Position numbers and translations under genes: made by a program. The notes under the pieces are model-generated. The model saw nothing but the letters and a program-made list of their open reading frames with translations, did no database searches and had not been told where the DNA came from. A stretch of DNA of 64,000 nt from Blepharisma stoltei ATCC 30299 (taxonomy: Eukaryota > Protista > Ciliophora), in assembly GCA_965603825.1 (NCBI GenBank), contig CBFDEM010000058.1, forward strand, positions 310,001 to 374,000, written 5' to 3'. Below are positions 23,810-35,246 of the stretch, one piece after another. Position 1 is the stretch's first letter. The number at the start of each line of letters is the position of its first letter.

Positions 23810-26800
23810 TTATTCTATGCCCAAAATTTTATTGATCAAAAAATTTGATTCTTGAGACCCTGTATGCATAATCATTTTTCTGAATAATGATTTTTCTTTG
23901 TTTATCAACTCATAAGGTGTTCCAACCTCTTTGCAGCTCCCTTTATTCATAACAATTATTCAATCAGAATCAACAATAGTCCTCAGCCTATGAGCAACAA
24001 TTAGAAGTGTGCTGTCTCCCAACATTTTTTTAATCTGATTTTGTATGAATTTATCAGTTTCAGGGTCCACGTTCGCAGTTGCTTCATCCATCATTACAAT
24101 TTTATTTTTCCTGATAAGAGCTCTCGCTAAGCATACAAGCTGCTTTTGGCCTGATGATAAATTTCCTCCTTCACCAGTTAGGAGTGAATTGATTCCATTT
24201 GGGAGGGATCTGGCTAACTTATTAAGCTTTGTTTCCTTTAGAATTTTTAAAATTTCTTCTTCTGAGTGCTCATGGAATGGGTCAATATTATCACGAAAAC
24301 TTGCCAAAAATATGGTAGGTGACTGAGGGATTACAGACATTTGCTTTCTTAACTGATGAAGTCCTGCATTCATATAATCTTGGCCATCAATATAAATAGT
24401 TCCTGAAGAAGGATTTATGAGCCTAAAAAGAACTTGCATTATTGAAGATTTTCCAGCCCCAGTCCTGCCAATAATTCCAACTTTTTGTCCAGGCTCAATA
24501 GTGAATGAAAGATTTTTCAGTGCATAAGGATAGTTTTCCCTATATCTCATATATAATTCTTTTACTTCGATTTTTCCTTTATCTATTATGAAGGGATTTT
24601 CCGATTCAAATTTTCCTTCCTCTTGAATATCAGCATACTCAATTAACCTTTGTGGAGAAGTCATTAAATTTTCTACCTCAGCTACTGTTTTGGCCCAAAA
24701 AGTAATGACTGTTGCCATCACAATTGATAAAGAAATGCTCATTGCCCCTAAACTTGAATTTATATGATCCTTATATAATACTAATATGACAACATTGAGA
24801 ATGTTTATGAACAAGGCACCAAGTTCTGTATATCCTTGATATGTTTTTAACACAACGTGGTAGCTTAGTAAGGATCTTTCACTATGAATTATTGCATTCT
24901 TCATGTCATCAAGAAATTTATTTTGGAGATTTAGTGCCCGAATGGTTACCAAGCCATTGATTGTAGAATTTGCTAAAGAAAGGATTGGACTTTTAGAAAT
25001 CAGCTCAATTTTTCGTAAGTCTTTTGTTATGGGTACAACTTTTTTGGCGATGATAAAGACATATATAAAAAAAATAAAAATAACAGCTATATTGGGAGGA
25101 GCAACAATAGATAATACAATAATGTTTCCCAAAACTGTTGCAGACTGAATTACGGCTTCTGAAAAGTATCTAAGAAGAACTTCATCAGTCATTAAGGTAT
25201 CTTTCGAAAACCGATTTATCATCCTTCCAGTAGGATTTTTATCAAAAAAGACACTTTCTGTCAGGGTCATTCCTTGTAAAGCTTTATTATGGATTCTCTC
25301 ACCAGCCATAAGCAGCCCTATGCTCATTATATAAGATCTTGCGAATGTTAAAACATAATTCACACCAACTATTATTGCAAAAATTCATAAATAGAATGAG
25401 TCAGTTTGATCATCATCTGATGCTTTTGCCCATAATGCCAGCCACCAAATTACAGCTAGGTATGATACTTGCCCAGCAGCCACAATTAGCATGACAATTA
25501 CTATAACTATCCATGATCCGAATCCATATCATAAATATTTATAGTATATTTTCCAAGGTGTAGACCCCTCTGCACTCTCTTCTTCTTCAATTGCTATTTT
25601 ATCTTTCACTTCCACTTTTGCGTTAGTTTCTTTTGCTGCATCTTTTTTATCCTCATCTTCTTCATTATCTTGCTCAAGAAGCTCCCCTACAATGTGAAAA
25701 ACATCTTCTCTTGCTCTTAACTCTTCATAGTTTCCAAAAAACAACTGATTTCCACCATCCAACACCAAAATTTTGTCAGCTTGAGAGATGTAGTGAATTT
25801 GGTGCGTTGCAAGAATAACAGTTTTATCTTTTAGATACTCTTTGATGCAGGTGTTAAATAGATATGAACTTACCTCAGCATCTACTGCACTTAAAGGATC
25901 ATCAAGCAAGATTATTTCTCGGTTGGTATAAATTGCTCTGGCTAGGCTTATCCTAGCTTTTTGTCCGCCACTTAGGGTAATCCCACGATCACCTATCACA
26001 GTTTCATCCCCATGCGCAAAACTTTCTAAATCTTGTTCAAGAGAGCAGACTTTGATTATTTTATGATAGAGCTCTTCACTATATTCCAAGCCCATCAGGA
26101 TATTATCTTTGATACTGCCTGATATAATTCATGGATTTTCTCCAGCATAAGTGATTTCCCCATTAATTTTCATTTTTTCACCGTATGTTTGGATTTCTTG
26201 TAATAAGCCCATAAATAAGCTACTTTTTCCGCTTCCAACCTGCCCTACAACCATTAATAGCTCGCCTGGTTTTATTTTAAAATTAATATTGCAAAGTGTT
26301 GGCCTAGGAGTTTCCTCCGTCAATCTTGGGTTTTCATCATCATAACTTGAAGAGACTTGGTCATATCTAGGTGATTTTGCATAGTCATTCTGATTTCAAG
26401 AATCATTTCATGAAAAACTTAGATCTTTAGCTACTACAGAATATTCTTCATCACGTTCATAAATAATATTCAATTTTTTCTTCATTAATAATATATCTGT
26501 AATTCTTCTCATAGAAGATTTAAATAAAAATAGCATGAGAACTCCGCTTGCTCCCCAATTGGAAATTAAGCTATGAGCCATCATCAGCACAGTAACTCCT
26601 GCAAACACAACTCCTGGCTCTAGAGAGTGTCCCATAGAAACATAAATTAAAAATGTCACAAAAAGCACAAGGCCAGTTCCACCATTTCCCATTGATCTAT
26701 TTAACGATGAATAAGTTAACCCTTTCAAACATTTACTTATTTCTTCTTTCCTTTTTTCAAAAATCAAATCTAAATAAGGACTTTCCCAACCATATAATTT

Positions 26801-27616
26801 TACAATCCTGATCCCTTCGATTAAGTTTGTGATCATTTTAATACGTGAATCACTGACTAAAGCAATTTTTCCTCGGTATTTGCCATTAAGGACACTTAAA
26901 AAATATATGAACGGATAATGAAAAATAATAACAATAAGCCCAATGATACCTGCTGGCCCAATATAAAAGCCTAAGATTAAAAACGATCCGATAAGGAATG
27001 GTACTGCTGCAAATAAATAAACAATATAGACAATGACATCCATAAATTCCAACTCAGAAACTATTACATTAGCCAATTTCCCTTTTATATTACCTTGGGA
27101 TAGCTCCATATTTGATATCCCAAAGAGTTTATCATAGATTAAACGAGGTACAACTGATTTCAGCCTTATTACTAGCATAGTCACTCTAAAAATGCATAAA
27201 TTTCACATATAATATGATATAAGGGCAACTGCTCCATATGCAATTGTGTAGCCGGCTCCTTCATAAGCTTCTGCATTGCTATCATTCATATATCTAGCTA
27301 AATATATGACAAGTATAGCTTGAATTAGTCCGAAACTTTGTGACAAAATACCTGGGGCAAAAATTTTAATTACTTCTCACCCTATAACTCTTAAGAGCGC
27401 CCGTTCAAAACTCGGCTTTTCCTTTTTCAGTTCTTTTTGTCAAGATTCTTCTATTAATTCAAGATCTTTATCAAACCGGAGGCGTTTTGGGATTTGAGCT
27501 AAATTTTCTGTGGTTGCCTTTTGCTTTCTTCAAAAAGATATTAGAGGAAATCCTCAGCTCATAACTAGATCGTTGAAAATAGTTGCCTTATCATATAAAA
27601 ATTCTGGAGTTTCCAT
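23810..27616 (-). CDS. ABCC/MRP-family (ABCC4-like) full ABC exporter, 1268 aa
   Basis: One frame across TGA codons from ATG 27616 to TAA 23810-23812. NBD1: [30 protein letters not shown]2: [24 protein letters not shown]. Two TMDs, no TMD0. Confidence 0.94.
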
Positions 27617-28572
27617 TGATGCTAGATGCGTATAAAACTTATACTTAAGAAAATTATTAATCAAAGAAAATTGGGAATTTCTGCTCAGATGTGAAATCCT
27701 ATAGGTAAAAATTAGCCATTCAGTTAAGACTATGATATTCCTAATATTTATTTAAGCTTATTAAGTATAAGGCAGATCTGCAATAATTATTACTTATAGT
27801 ATGGTGCCATTACAGGCAGGTATTAAAATCTTATGGAGTATTTCTTTTTAATTTCAAGTTAAATTAATATTGTTTTAGGATAAATTTAAACTGCTTGCTC
27901 TGTCTTCATGATCGAACAAGCCTTTTTGCTTGTTTAAGAAGGAGAGTGTTCAATAGCTATGGATAAATAAATGTATAGGATGAATTTAAGCAGTAATTAA
28001 AAATTATCAGTGCATACCTTTAATTCCACTTAACCTTAGACAAATTTTCAATCGTTATTTGGAAGTTTTGTAAAACAGTTTATTGGCCCTAATATTTATA
28101 TTTAAATTTAATAGATTGATGATAATGCTATGTCCATAATAAATTCAAGCTGCTTTTCTTTATAGTTTAACAAGGGAAAATCTATTTAAAATTTTTTATC
28201 GAGCTGCAATTTTAACGTGAATTTAAAGTTTATACTATAAAATATATAGGATAAATTGAAGCATCCAAATCATAGGCTAATATAACGACTTCAAGCCAGA
28301 AGCCTGCTATTAAAGTAGCAATTTAAGTGTTTATCTTAATAAATTTTAAATTGAAAGATTCAATAATTAAGCAAAAATGCATCTTGAATCTCAGTATTTT
28401 CCAAAAGATTTCATAAATATATAAATCTTAATTTTGCCACTCATCAAAAATTTTCATAAATAATTTATTAATTATATTTATAAATGCAAAATAGACATAT
28501 TAGCATTAAATAAAAGTCAAGAAAGGCTATAAAAAACCCCAACTTTTTCATATTATATATATTTTAATTATT

Positions 28573-29706
28573 CTATGAAAAAGTTTTACCTTGGAACGAG
28601 AGACTTAGTGAAGAATTTGTTTTTTCGTGTTCTGATGTTCGCAGAATCCTCACGCTAGAATTTTCTTTTGCTTCTCTCTCCACGATACTTTGAGGAATCA
28701 GGGTATAGACTTCCACTTGTTCTTCATAGCCAACTATTTCTGGCTCTTTACAATCTTCAATTAGACTGGATGATGGAATTATTTTGTCCACATCCCCTTG
28801 CTTATAGTTTGAAAAGAGTTTAATTTCATGCGACTCGTTATATAGCTCAGAGCTAGTTAATTGGCTAGTTGCTAATGGATTTGAACTACTATGGGTGGGG
28901 GTAGAATTTTCTTCTGAGTTTTCTTTGTTTTTGTTTTCAGTACTCTGACTATTTCATTGATTTAATGATTTAACGTCCGGACTCCCAGGAGTGCTTTCCC
29001 CATCTCTATAGCTTGTGTTTCTGCTATTCGAATTAGAATCAATGCCATTTTTAGATATTATTTTTTCCTTGTCTTCTCTCTCATGAATATATTTATTATG
29101 CTCTTCAAAGTTGAGATCAATAGCCGATTTTCGATTTGTAGTTGGAGGAGAAGCATCTCCTGTAACTACTTCATATAATAACTCACCCGTTTCGTTTTTC
29201 TTAAAAGCTTTTTGAAGGACTTTCAAGATTATAAAAGATAAAATTTCTATTGCAGCCCTAAAGACAATAAAGCAATAGGTGGAGAAAAATGCAATAGAGA
29301 GCCCTGAATCTTTGCTGTTGTTAATTTTATCATCAAGATGAAGACAAAAAATAAAGCCGATTATAATCAATGAGGAGTATCCGATAAGAAGCAGCCATCC
29401 TATAATTTGGGATAAAAGTTTTGATCGGCAAACTATTCTGTGCTTTTTAAATATACTTTGTATTAACATCATAGAGAAATCTATTAAGAGGACTATCCCA
29501 GATACAAATAAATATTCTGGAATGTAGCTATTTTTGATAAGATTGCTATTGTGAATTATAGTGTAAATTGCAGTAGCAAGGCAAGTAGTAGCTAAAAGTA
29601 GTGTAAATATTGGAAATATAAAAGATCCGTAGTAATTCATCGGCTCAGGATTTGAGGATAAGCCTGCATCTGGATTATTTTGAGAAAGGGAAGAATTACT
29701 TTCCAT
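28573..29706 (-). CDS. Orphan membrane protein, 377 aa (4 N-terminal TM helices plus disordered C-tail)
   Basis: ORFs 28954-29706 and 28573-28791 share a frame across TGA 28954-28956; four hydrophobic segments. Confidence 0.8.
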
Positions 29707-30031
29707 TAATTATTTGAAACTAGGAGAAGGCATATTGAATAAGCAACTCTTATTTAATATCAAAATAAAGATTTAGCTTAAATCTATGAAGATTAAAACA
29801 GATGTTTTATATCATAAATGATCATGAAATAATATATATTTAATAATTTAGCTGCTAACTTATGTGCAAAATATGTGTCTCTAGCATGATAGATAATAAT
29901 TATAATTACGAGTATAAATATAAATATAAATAGGACGAAATAGATGAAAAAATTGAAGATGAAGATATTATGTGTTTCTTAAATAAACTTATTCTTTTTC
30001 TAAAGGTTAAAATTTTCAAAGAAATATTATT

Positions 30032-30964
30032 TTATATTAAGCTAAAGGCCTTCAAAGCTGATTTTTTCATCTCGGTGAAGTTTTTAGTCTTGAAATAAGC
30101 AGGCTGATATGAAGAAAGGGTAAAATCCATACTGAGGATTTTTTTAGTGTCCCAACCAATAAACTCACATTTATCTTTTTTTACATGAAAAATTTCTTTG
30201 CAAGACCCAAGGATACCTGCACCCAAAATTTTATCGCCTACGATTCCAAATTCTATTGAGTAAAAATAAATTTTTGCTAGTTTCGCAATGTCCTCTTCGC
30301 TTGCTCCCAGAGATTTCTTCCCAATTTCTTGAGAAAATTCAGCAATTTCTTCGTTTCCGAAGAGAGGGACATGCCCCATGAGCTCATGCACAACGTCAGG
30401 CTCAGGCGAGTAAAAAGGAACCGAAATGTGGCGAATATATCTCGTTGAGAAAAACACTCTATAAGCTAGCCCGTATAAAAAGGACCTAGCATTGATCATT
30501 CCTCCAACCGGAATAAGTTTGAAGCCAGTTTTTGTCCCTAATCAGTTGTTTATTTTTGAAAACTGTGGTATCTTTTCTCCTGTATAAATTCCCAAATTTT
30601 CTAACTCTTGGAGGTTTAACTTATGCTCATCACAAGCATAAAGATAATGAAGCTCTCTAAGCCTTGCGTAAAGGAGGCTTCAGGTTTTATTTGCTTGATC
30701 TGGATAGAAAACATCAGGAACTTCTGAATTAACTGAGGAGCTGCAATTTCTTACAACGCGAAGCCAATTCATATAGTCAATGTCGTCTAAGCCTGGATAA
30801 GAAATTCCAAGCTTTTCAAAAAAATTTTCGTAAGATTTATCTATAGTATCAAGATCAGATCGGGATCTTGGGTACCAGAAACTTTGGTGGAACGTTGCGA
30901 AAAATTGCTTTGTTGATCTGAAACTTAAGCTTCAAATCACCATAAATATTTTTTTCTCAAACAT
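30032..30964 (-). CDS. Biopterin-dependent aromatic amino acid hydroxylase, catalytic domain only, tryptophan-hydroxylase-like (start at 30964 or 30943)
   Basis: WYPRSRSDLD, KT(W=TGA)..LY..L, IPQF, TGF.LIPVGG, YIRH..P.YSPEPDVVHELMGH (Fe His ligands), YFYSIEFG (Fe Glu ligand), GAGIL, YQP.YF. Confidence 0.92.
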
Positions 30965-30981
30965 TAATACGTAATCAAAAT

Positions 30982-31698
30982 TTATATATTAATCTTAGGC
31001 GATAAATGTGTTTCCATATATGAACTCTCTGATGAGGAACTAAAACTATCATCAAATGACTGGAGCTCATTTTGTGCCTCAATTTTCTTTGGGAATAAAT
31101 TTATTTCAATTTTTGCGACACTTTGGTTTCTTTTCTTTTGCGGGAGAATTGATATTACTCTATTTTTCGGTTTTGTTAGATCAAGTCTTTTTACACTCAT
31201 CGAGCCTTCATTCCTTGAAGAATGAGGCATTTTTGTGTTTGAAATCATTCTCATAAATGGTCGAGATTTCGGAAACTCAACAGGATTCGATAGAAAAGTC
31301 CTTGGAGTTGGGTTTCTATTGGATATAATTAGCTTAGGAGACTTTCTTTTCGGACGTTTTTTGTAAATATAAGATCTCACCTCATTTTCTTGGTAGATTT
31401 CAGGGAACCTACTCGAAAATTTCGTTTCCGAGTTACAACGTTTATTAATCGGTTTTTTTAGGTCTTTTTTTTGCGATGATTTTTCAATGAAACTTTTTTC
31501 AATCAAATTTTTAAGCTCATCTAATACTTCTGACTCAGCTTGCCTATGTGACGGTTTATGCTTATTTCTATATGAATTAGACTCAGCTTTATTTTCTTGC
31601 TTCCTTTCATTTGACAGATCTCTGAAAAAAGGTGTGTTCCATAGTTTTCCTCTTGGTTTTAAAAAATCTAAATAGTTAGGTTTCTTTCAATATTCCAT
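30982..31698 (-). CDS. Basic low-complexity hypothetical protein, 238 aa
   Basis: ATG 31698 is in frame with ORF 30982-31506 via one TGA. Confidence 0.65.
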
Positions 31699-31868
31699 TT
31701 ACTCATTTTCTAAGTGGAAATAATGCTAAGAAAGCATTTTTGTCTATATCTAGCTTTTAAAAATATTTATACAGATAGTTAAACAGCAATTATTAAACTT
31801 TTAAAAATTATAATTATAATGAATGATTATTAATTTAAATAAATATTTAAACAATATTAATATACGAA

Positions 31869-33848
31869 TTACCTTGCTCCAGAGCTATTCCAGTCAATAT
31901 TAAAAGATGAAGACTTCTGCGCTAATTGGACAACGACACTAAATATAAAATAAACAAATCTATTCACATAATTTCTTGGAGTTGCCACTGAAATTTGTCC
32001 AGCTCTTCTTCTCCCATGGATAACAGCTTTATAAGCAAGTTCCATATACTTTCAATAGTTAAATTCTGTCAAGAAATCAATGATTCCCATCGTATATATG
32101 TATTTTGGGTCAAGAGACTGGATATATCTCGCTGAGCTTTCATCACAATTCTTGCAAATTGCAAGCAGCAAGGAGTAATCCATTAGTTTGTGACTATACA
32201 AAAACTTTGAGTCGTTTACAATGATATCGACAATTCGAATTTTATCATCTTCAGAAAGCTCAAAAATATGCTTAAATTTAATTAAGTCCAAATCCTTCAG
32301 TGGACCGCTCGGTTTACCTTTATCGCAAGCTGTGCGGCCGACTGTTGAACCTTTGATATCAAACGTGAATAAAGGTTCTACCCCATAGAGGACATTTTGC
32401 ATAAGAATAATGTCTAGAGAAGTTACACCAGGAACTTTTATTGTATAGAGTCCATAAATCCTGCACAACATGGAATGAGGATTATTTTTTAAATGAATAT
32501 GGTAGTCTTTGAGGATTTTTCGCATAGTTTTCTTTTCCTTGCGCTTAATTGTTTTAATAGAAAGCCTATTGTCACTTGTAAACAAGAAAAAACTTCCGGA
32601 TTTTCCTGAGCTTTCGTCAACTTTAAACATATTTTCTTTATTCTCATATGGATCAAGGCTCATTAATGCATCTTCATATGATAAATTATAAATTTCCCTT
32701 ATGTCTTCAAAAATATCAGGTGCAAATTCTTTTATTACAACTTGTGGCAATTTTGAGTCGGCTATTCCCCAAATTTTGGCTGTGTCTTTTAAATAGTGAA
32801 AAAGCTTGTGCTTCTCCACTTTTAAATAGGGATTTCCATCAGTGAATTGGGTTTTTGAGTATTTTCTTCTCATAAATAGCCCATGCAGACTAGAAAAAAT
32901 ACAATAAGCCAGTTCTATATTTAATTTCCCAAATACAACAGCTGCAATTGGCAAATTTCAAGCATCATCAGCAGTCATATCTATTTCTTCGCGCTTAAAG
33001 ATTGCACATTTTTTAATTTTTTTCCAAAATAAAGGATCGCATGTACGAATGATCCCTAAAAAAAAGCCAGAGGACAAATAAGCTACAAGGGCAACTGTGT
33101 CTATATCAAAATTTACGTCATTAGACTTTTTCGAAAAATAGCTTAGGGTAGGCCACATTCATAGCAAAATAAACGCAGAAACATATAATATATGCCTTAT
33201 TAAATACTGCCGGCTGTGATCTGTAATCATTTTCAGACCTCTTGTGAACCTCCATGCCGCATAAATTACAGAAATCAGCCCTATTCCAAAAAAAACGACC
33301 AATAATATTTCAATAGCTCCAGATACTGCAATTTCGAGTCTATCTTTGTTTTCTGCAATGCATCTTGATATAAATTGGTTTTCCCAGTTGACATAGGAAA
33401 CAAAATAAGCTGTCGTCAAAAAAGTGGCGATATGGTAAAACTTTTTCCTTTTCTGTCCAGAAATAAACGGGTTGTACAAGGTGACAATTAGATCTAAGCA
33501 TATTGCAATGTTATAGCATAAACTTCCGACAATCCCAATTGATAGCATAACTTGATTAATTCCACACAGAATCAGAGAAATTGTTTGATGCCCAATTGTG
33601 TAGCCCAAGTGGTCAGCCAGTCCTGGGAGTAGTTGATAGATCGATATAACCGACTCAGTATCCCATACAAAAATTATGCTGTGGAAAGACATAATAATTT
33701 CGCATATGCTAAGACAAACAATCAGCCCTGAAGGATGTTGTCGAAGCTCTTTTGAGTGTAAAAAAGTAAGTACCACTAATCCGGAGAATAAAATATTCGC
33801 GCAGCCCAATGATGTGTATAGAGCTAAATCAGTGCTCTCTAATGTCAT
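31869..33848 (-). CDS. GPCR-PIP kinase fusion (cAMP-receptor-like 7TM plus phosphatidylinositol-phosphate kinase), 659 aa
   Basis: Three ORFs form one frame across TGAs. 7TM part: LRQHPSGLI, ILCGINQ, DLIVTLYNPF. PIPK part: FAPDIFEDIR, GKSGSFFLFT, IKTI, DIKGS, LKDLD, MDYSLL, GIIDFL. Stop is TAA at 31869-31871. Confidence 0.92.
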
Positions 33849-33854
33849 AAAAAT

Positions 33855-35213
33855 ATGCTAAAAATCGAAGCTGAAATTGTTTATTTTGAACACTGCATCC
33901 AATGTTCCTCCCACCGTTGGTGTACTAACCATGACGAAGAAAAATACAAATCTTACTTCAACGAGTGCAGAAATGCAATTGCTTCAAATTGCCGAGGGGT
34001 TAATGTAGTAGAAAACCAAATCCCATTAGGATTCAACACTAAGTTTATCGACATAAGTGAGCCGCTCAGGCCTGGAAAAAGCCATTTCCCAAGAATTGGG
34101 GCCTTTGAGGTTTATTTCAGAGGCAAATTAATCTATTCCAAATTGCAGACTGGGAAATGGCCATCTGCAACAAGACTTGCAGGTATGGTTAAGGACCTTA
34201 TGGAAGAAAAGAAGCAGCCAGTTCCTAAAGAAAAAGCCTTTAGCATAAAAAAGAGAAGATCGCAGAGCACCAAGCGAAGGCGCCCTGTAACTGATATGAA
34301 GAAAAAGATCAGAAAGAAGCCAAAAAAGGCGAAAAAAATTAGACATTTAGAAGAAGACTCCCATTTGACAAGTCAAAATGAAGAAAAACAGCAGGAGTAT
34401 GCATATAAAGTTGACAATTTTAAGATAAATAATAAAGAATTCCACGAAGACAGCCCGAAAGAGGGAACCTTGAACTTTGAAGAAAAACCCACAATAAAGG
34501 ACAAAAGCCCTAAAAATAACCATTTTTTATTGCCACAGACCACTAAGCCAGAAAGCAGTGCAAAGCATGATGAAAGCCACTCAAGTTCTTCATCAGGAGT
34601 TTTTCAGCCTCCCCAAGTCCCAAGAGGGCATCATTCTTTTAACGGCCAGTTGAAACAAAGTTCAGATGAATCTAATAGCGAGTACAATGAAGACTTTGAC
34701 GCAGGAGAAGAAGAAGCTCATGAGTCCCCTCACCAATCAAGCCATAGCTCAAGTCGCAAGCAAAGCCATGAGTCTAGGCACGAGTCAGATCATGAATCAG
34801 ACCAGGATTCAAAGCATGAATCAGACCATGAAGAATACGAGCAGGATTATGAGCAAGATTATGAGCAAGAAGACTACGAGCAAGACTATGAGGAGGAAGA
34901 AAACAAAGACGAGCACCCCAAGCGAGAAGTCACCAAAAGCTATAACGTCGACATACCAGTCGGAATGCCAGCTAAGAAAAAGATTACTTATCAAAACGTG
35001 AACTCCAACGACTCAGAATTCTTTATTCTTTCATCACATCCTGAGTTCATGGCTGTAAAAGATGAATATGTTACCATTAAACGAGGCATGAAAGAAAAAT
35101 TCCAACTGAAGTTCGAGCCAGTTGACGAGCCTGGAGAAAGGACTTATTATCTTTATATTGATAGAGATGGAGAACCTTGGGAATGCATCCAGATCAAAGC
35201 TGAATATCAATAA
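33855..35213 (+). CDS. Rdx (SelW/SelT-like) thioredoxin-fold protein with low-complexity linker and C-terminal Ig-like domain
   Basis: EHCIQC (CxxC) and PRIGAFEV....LIYSKL..GKWP Rdx signature; beta-rich C-terminus. Confidence 0.8.
   Translation: MLKIEAEIVYFEHCIQCSSHRWCTNHDEEKYKSYFNECRNAIASNCRGVNVVENQIPLGFNTKFIDISEPLRPGKSHFPRIGAFEVYFRGKLIYSKLQTGKWPSATRLAGMVKDLMEEKKQPVPKEKAFSIKKRRSQSTKRRRPVTDMKKKIRKKPKKAKKIRHLEEDSHLTSQNEEKQQEYAYKVDNFKINNKEFHEDSPKEGTLNFEEKPTIKDKSPKNNHFLLPQTTKPESSAKHDESHSSSSSGVFQPPQVPRGHHSFNGQLKQSSDESNSEYNEDFDAGEEEAHESPHQSSHSSSRKQSHESRHESDHESDQDSKHESDHEEYEQDYEQDYEQEDYEQDYEEEENKDEHPKREVTKSYNVDIPVGMPAKKKITYQNVNSNDSEFFILSSHPEFMAVKDEYVTIKRGMKEKFQLKFEPVDEPGERTYYLYIDRDGEPWECIQIKAEYQ
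34765..34895 (+). repeat. Coding tandem repeats (12-nt units encoding HES(D/R) and EQDY)
   Basis: catgagtc/catgaatcagac and gagca(a/g)ga(t/c)ta(t/c) units within the Rdx gene. Confidence 0.7.
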
Positions 35214-35246
35214 TTTTAAACTATTTAAAGAGGATAGAAATTAATA

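Noticed and set aside
8331-33848. Many genes appear broken by premature stops, suggesting a pseudogene field
   Set aside because: All interruptions are TGA in a single frame, often at conserved Trp positions; this is a code variant.
33855-35213. Selenoprotein (TGA=Sec) interpretation of the Rdx gene or other TGAs
   Set aside because: The Rdx motif is CxxC encoded by TGC/TGT, and TGAs elsewhere align with Trp, not Cys.
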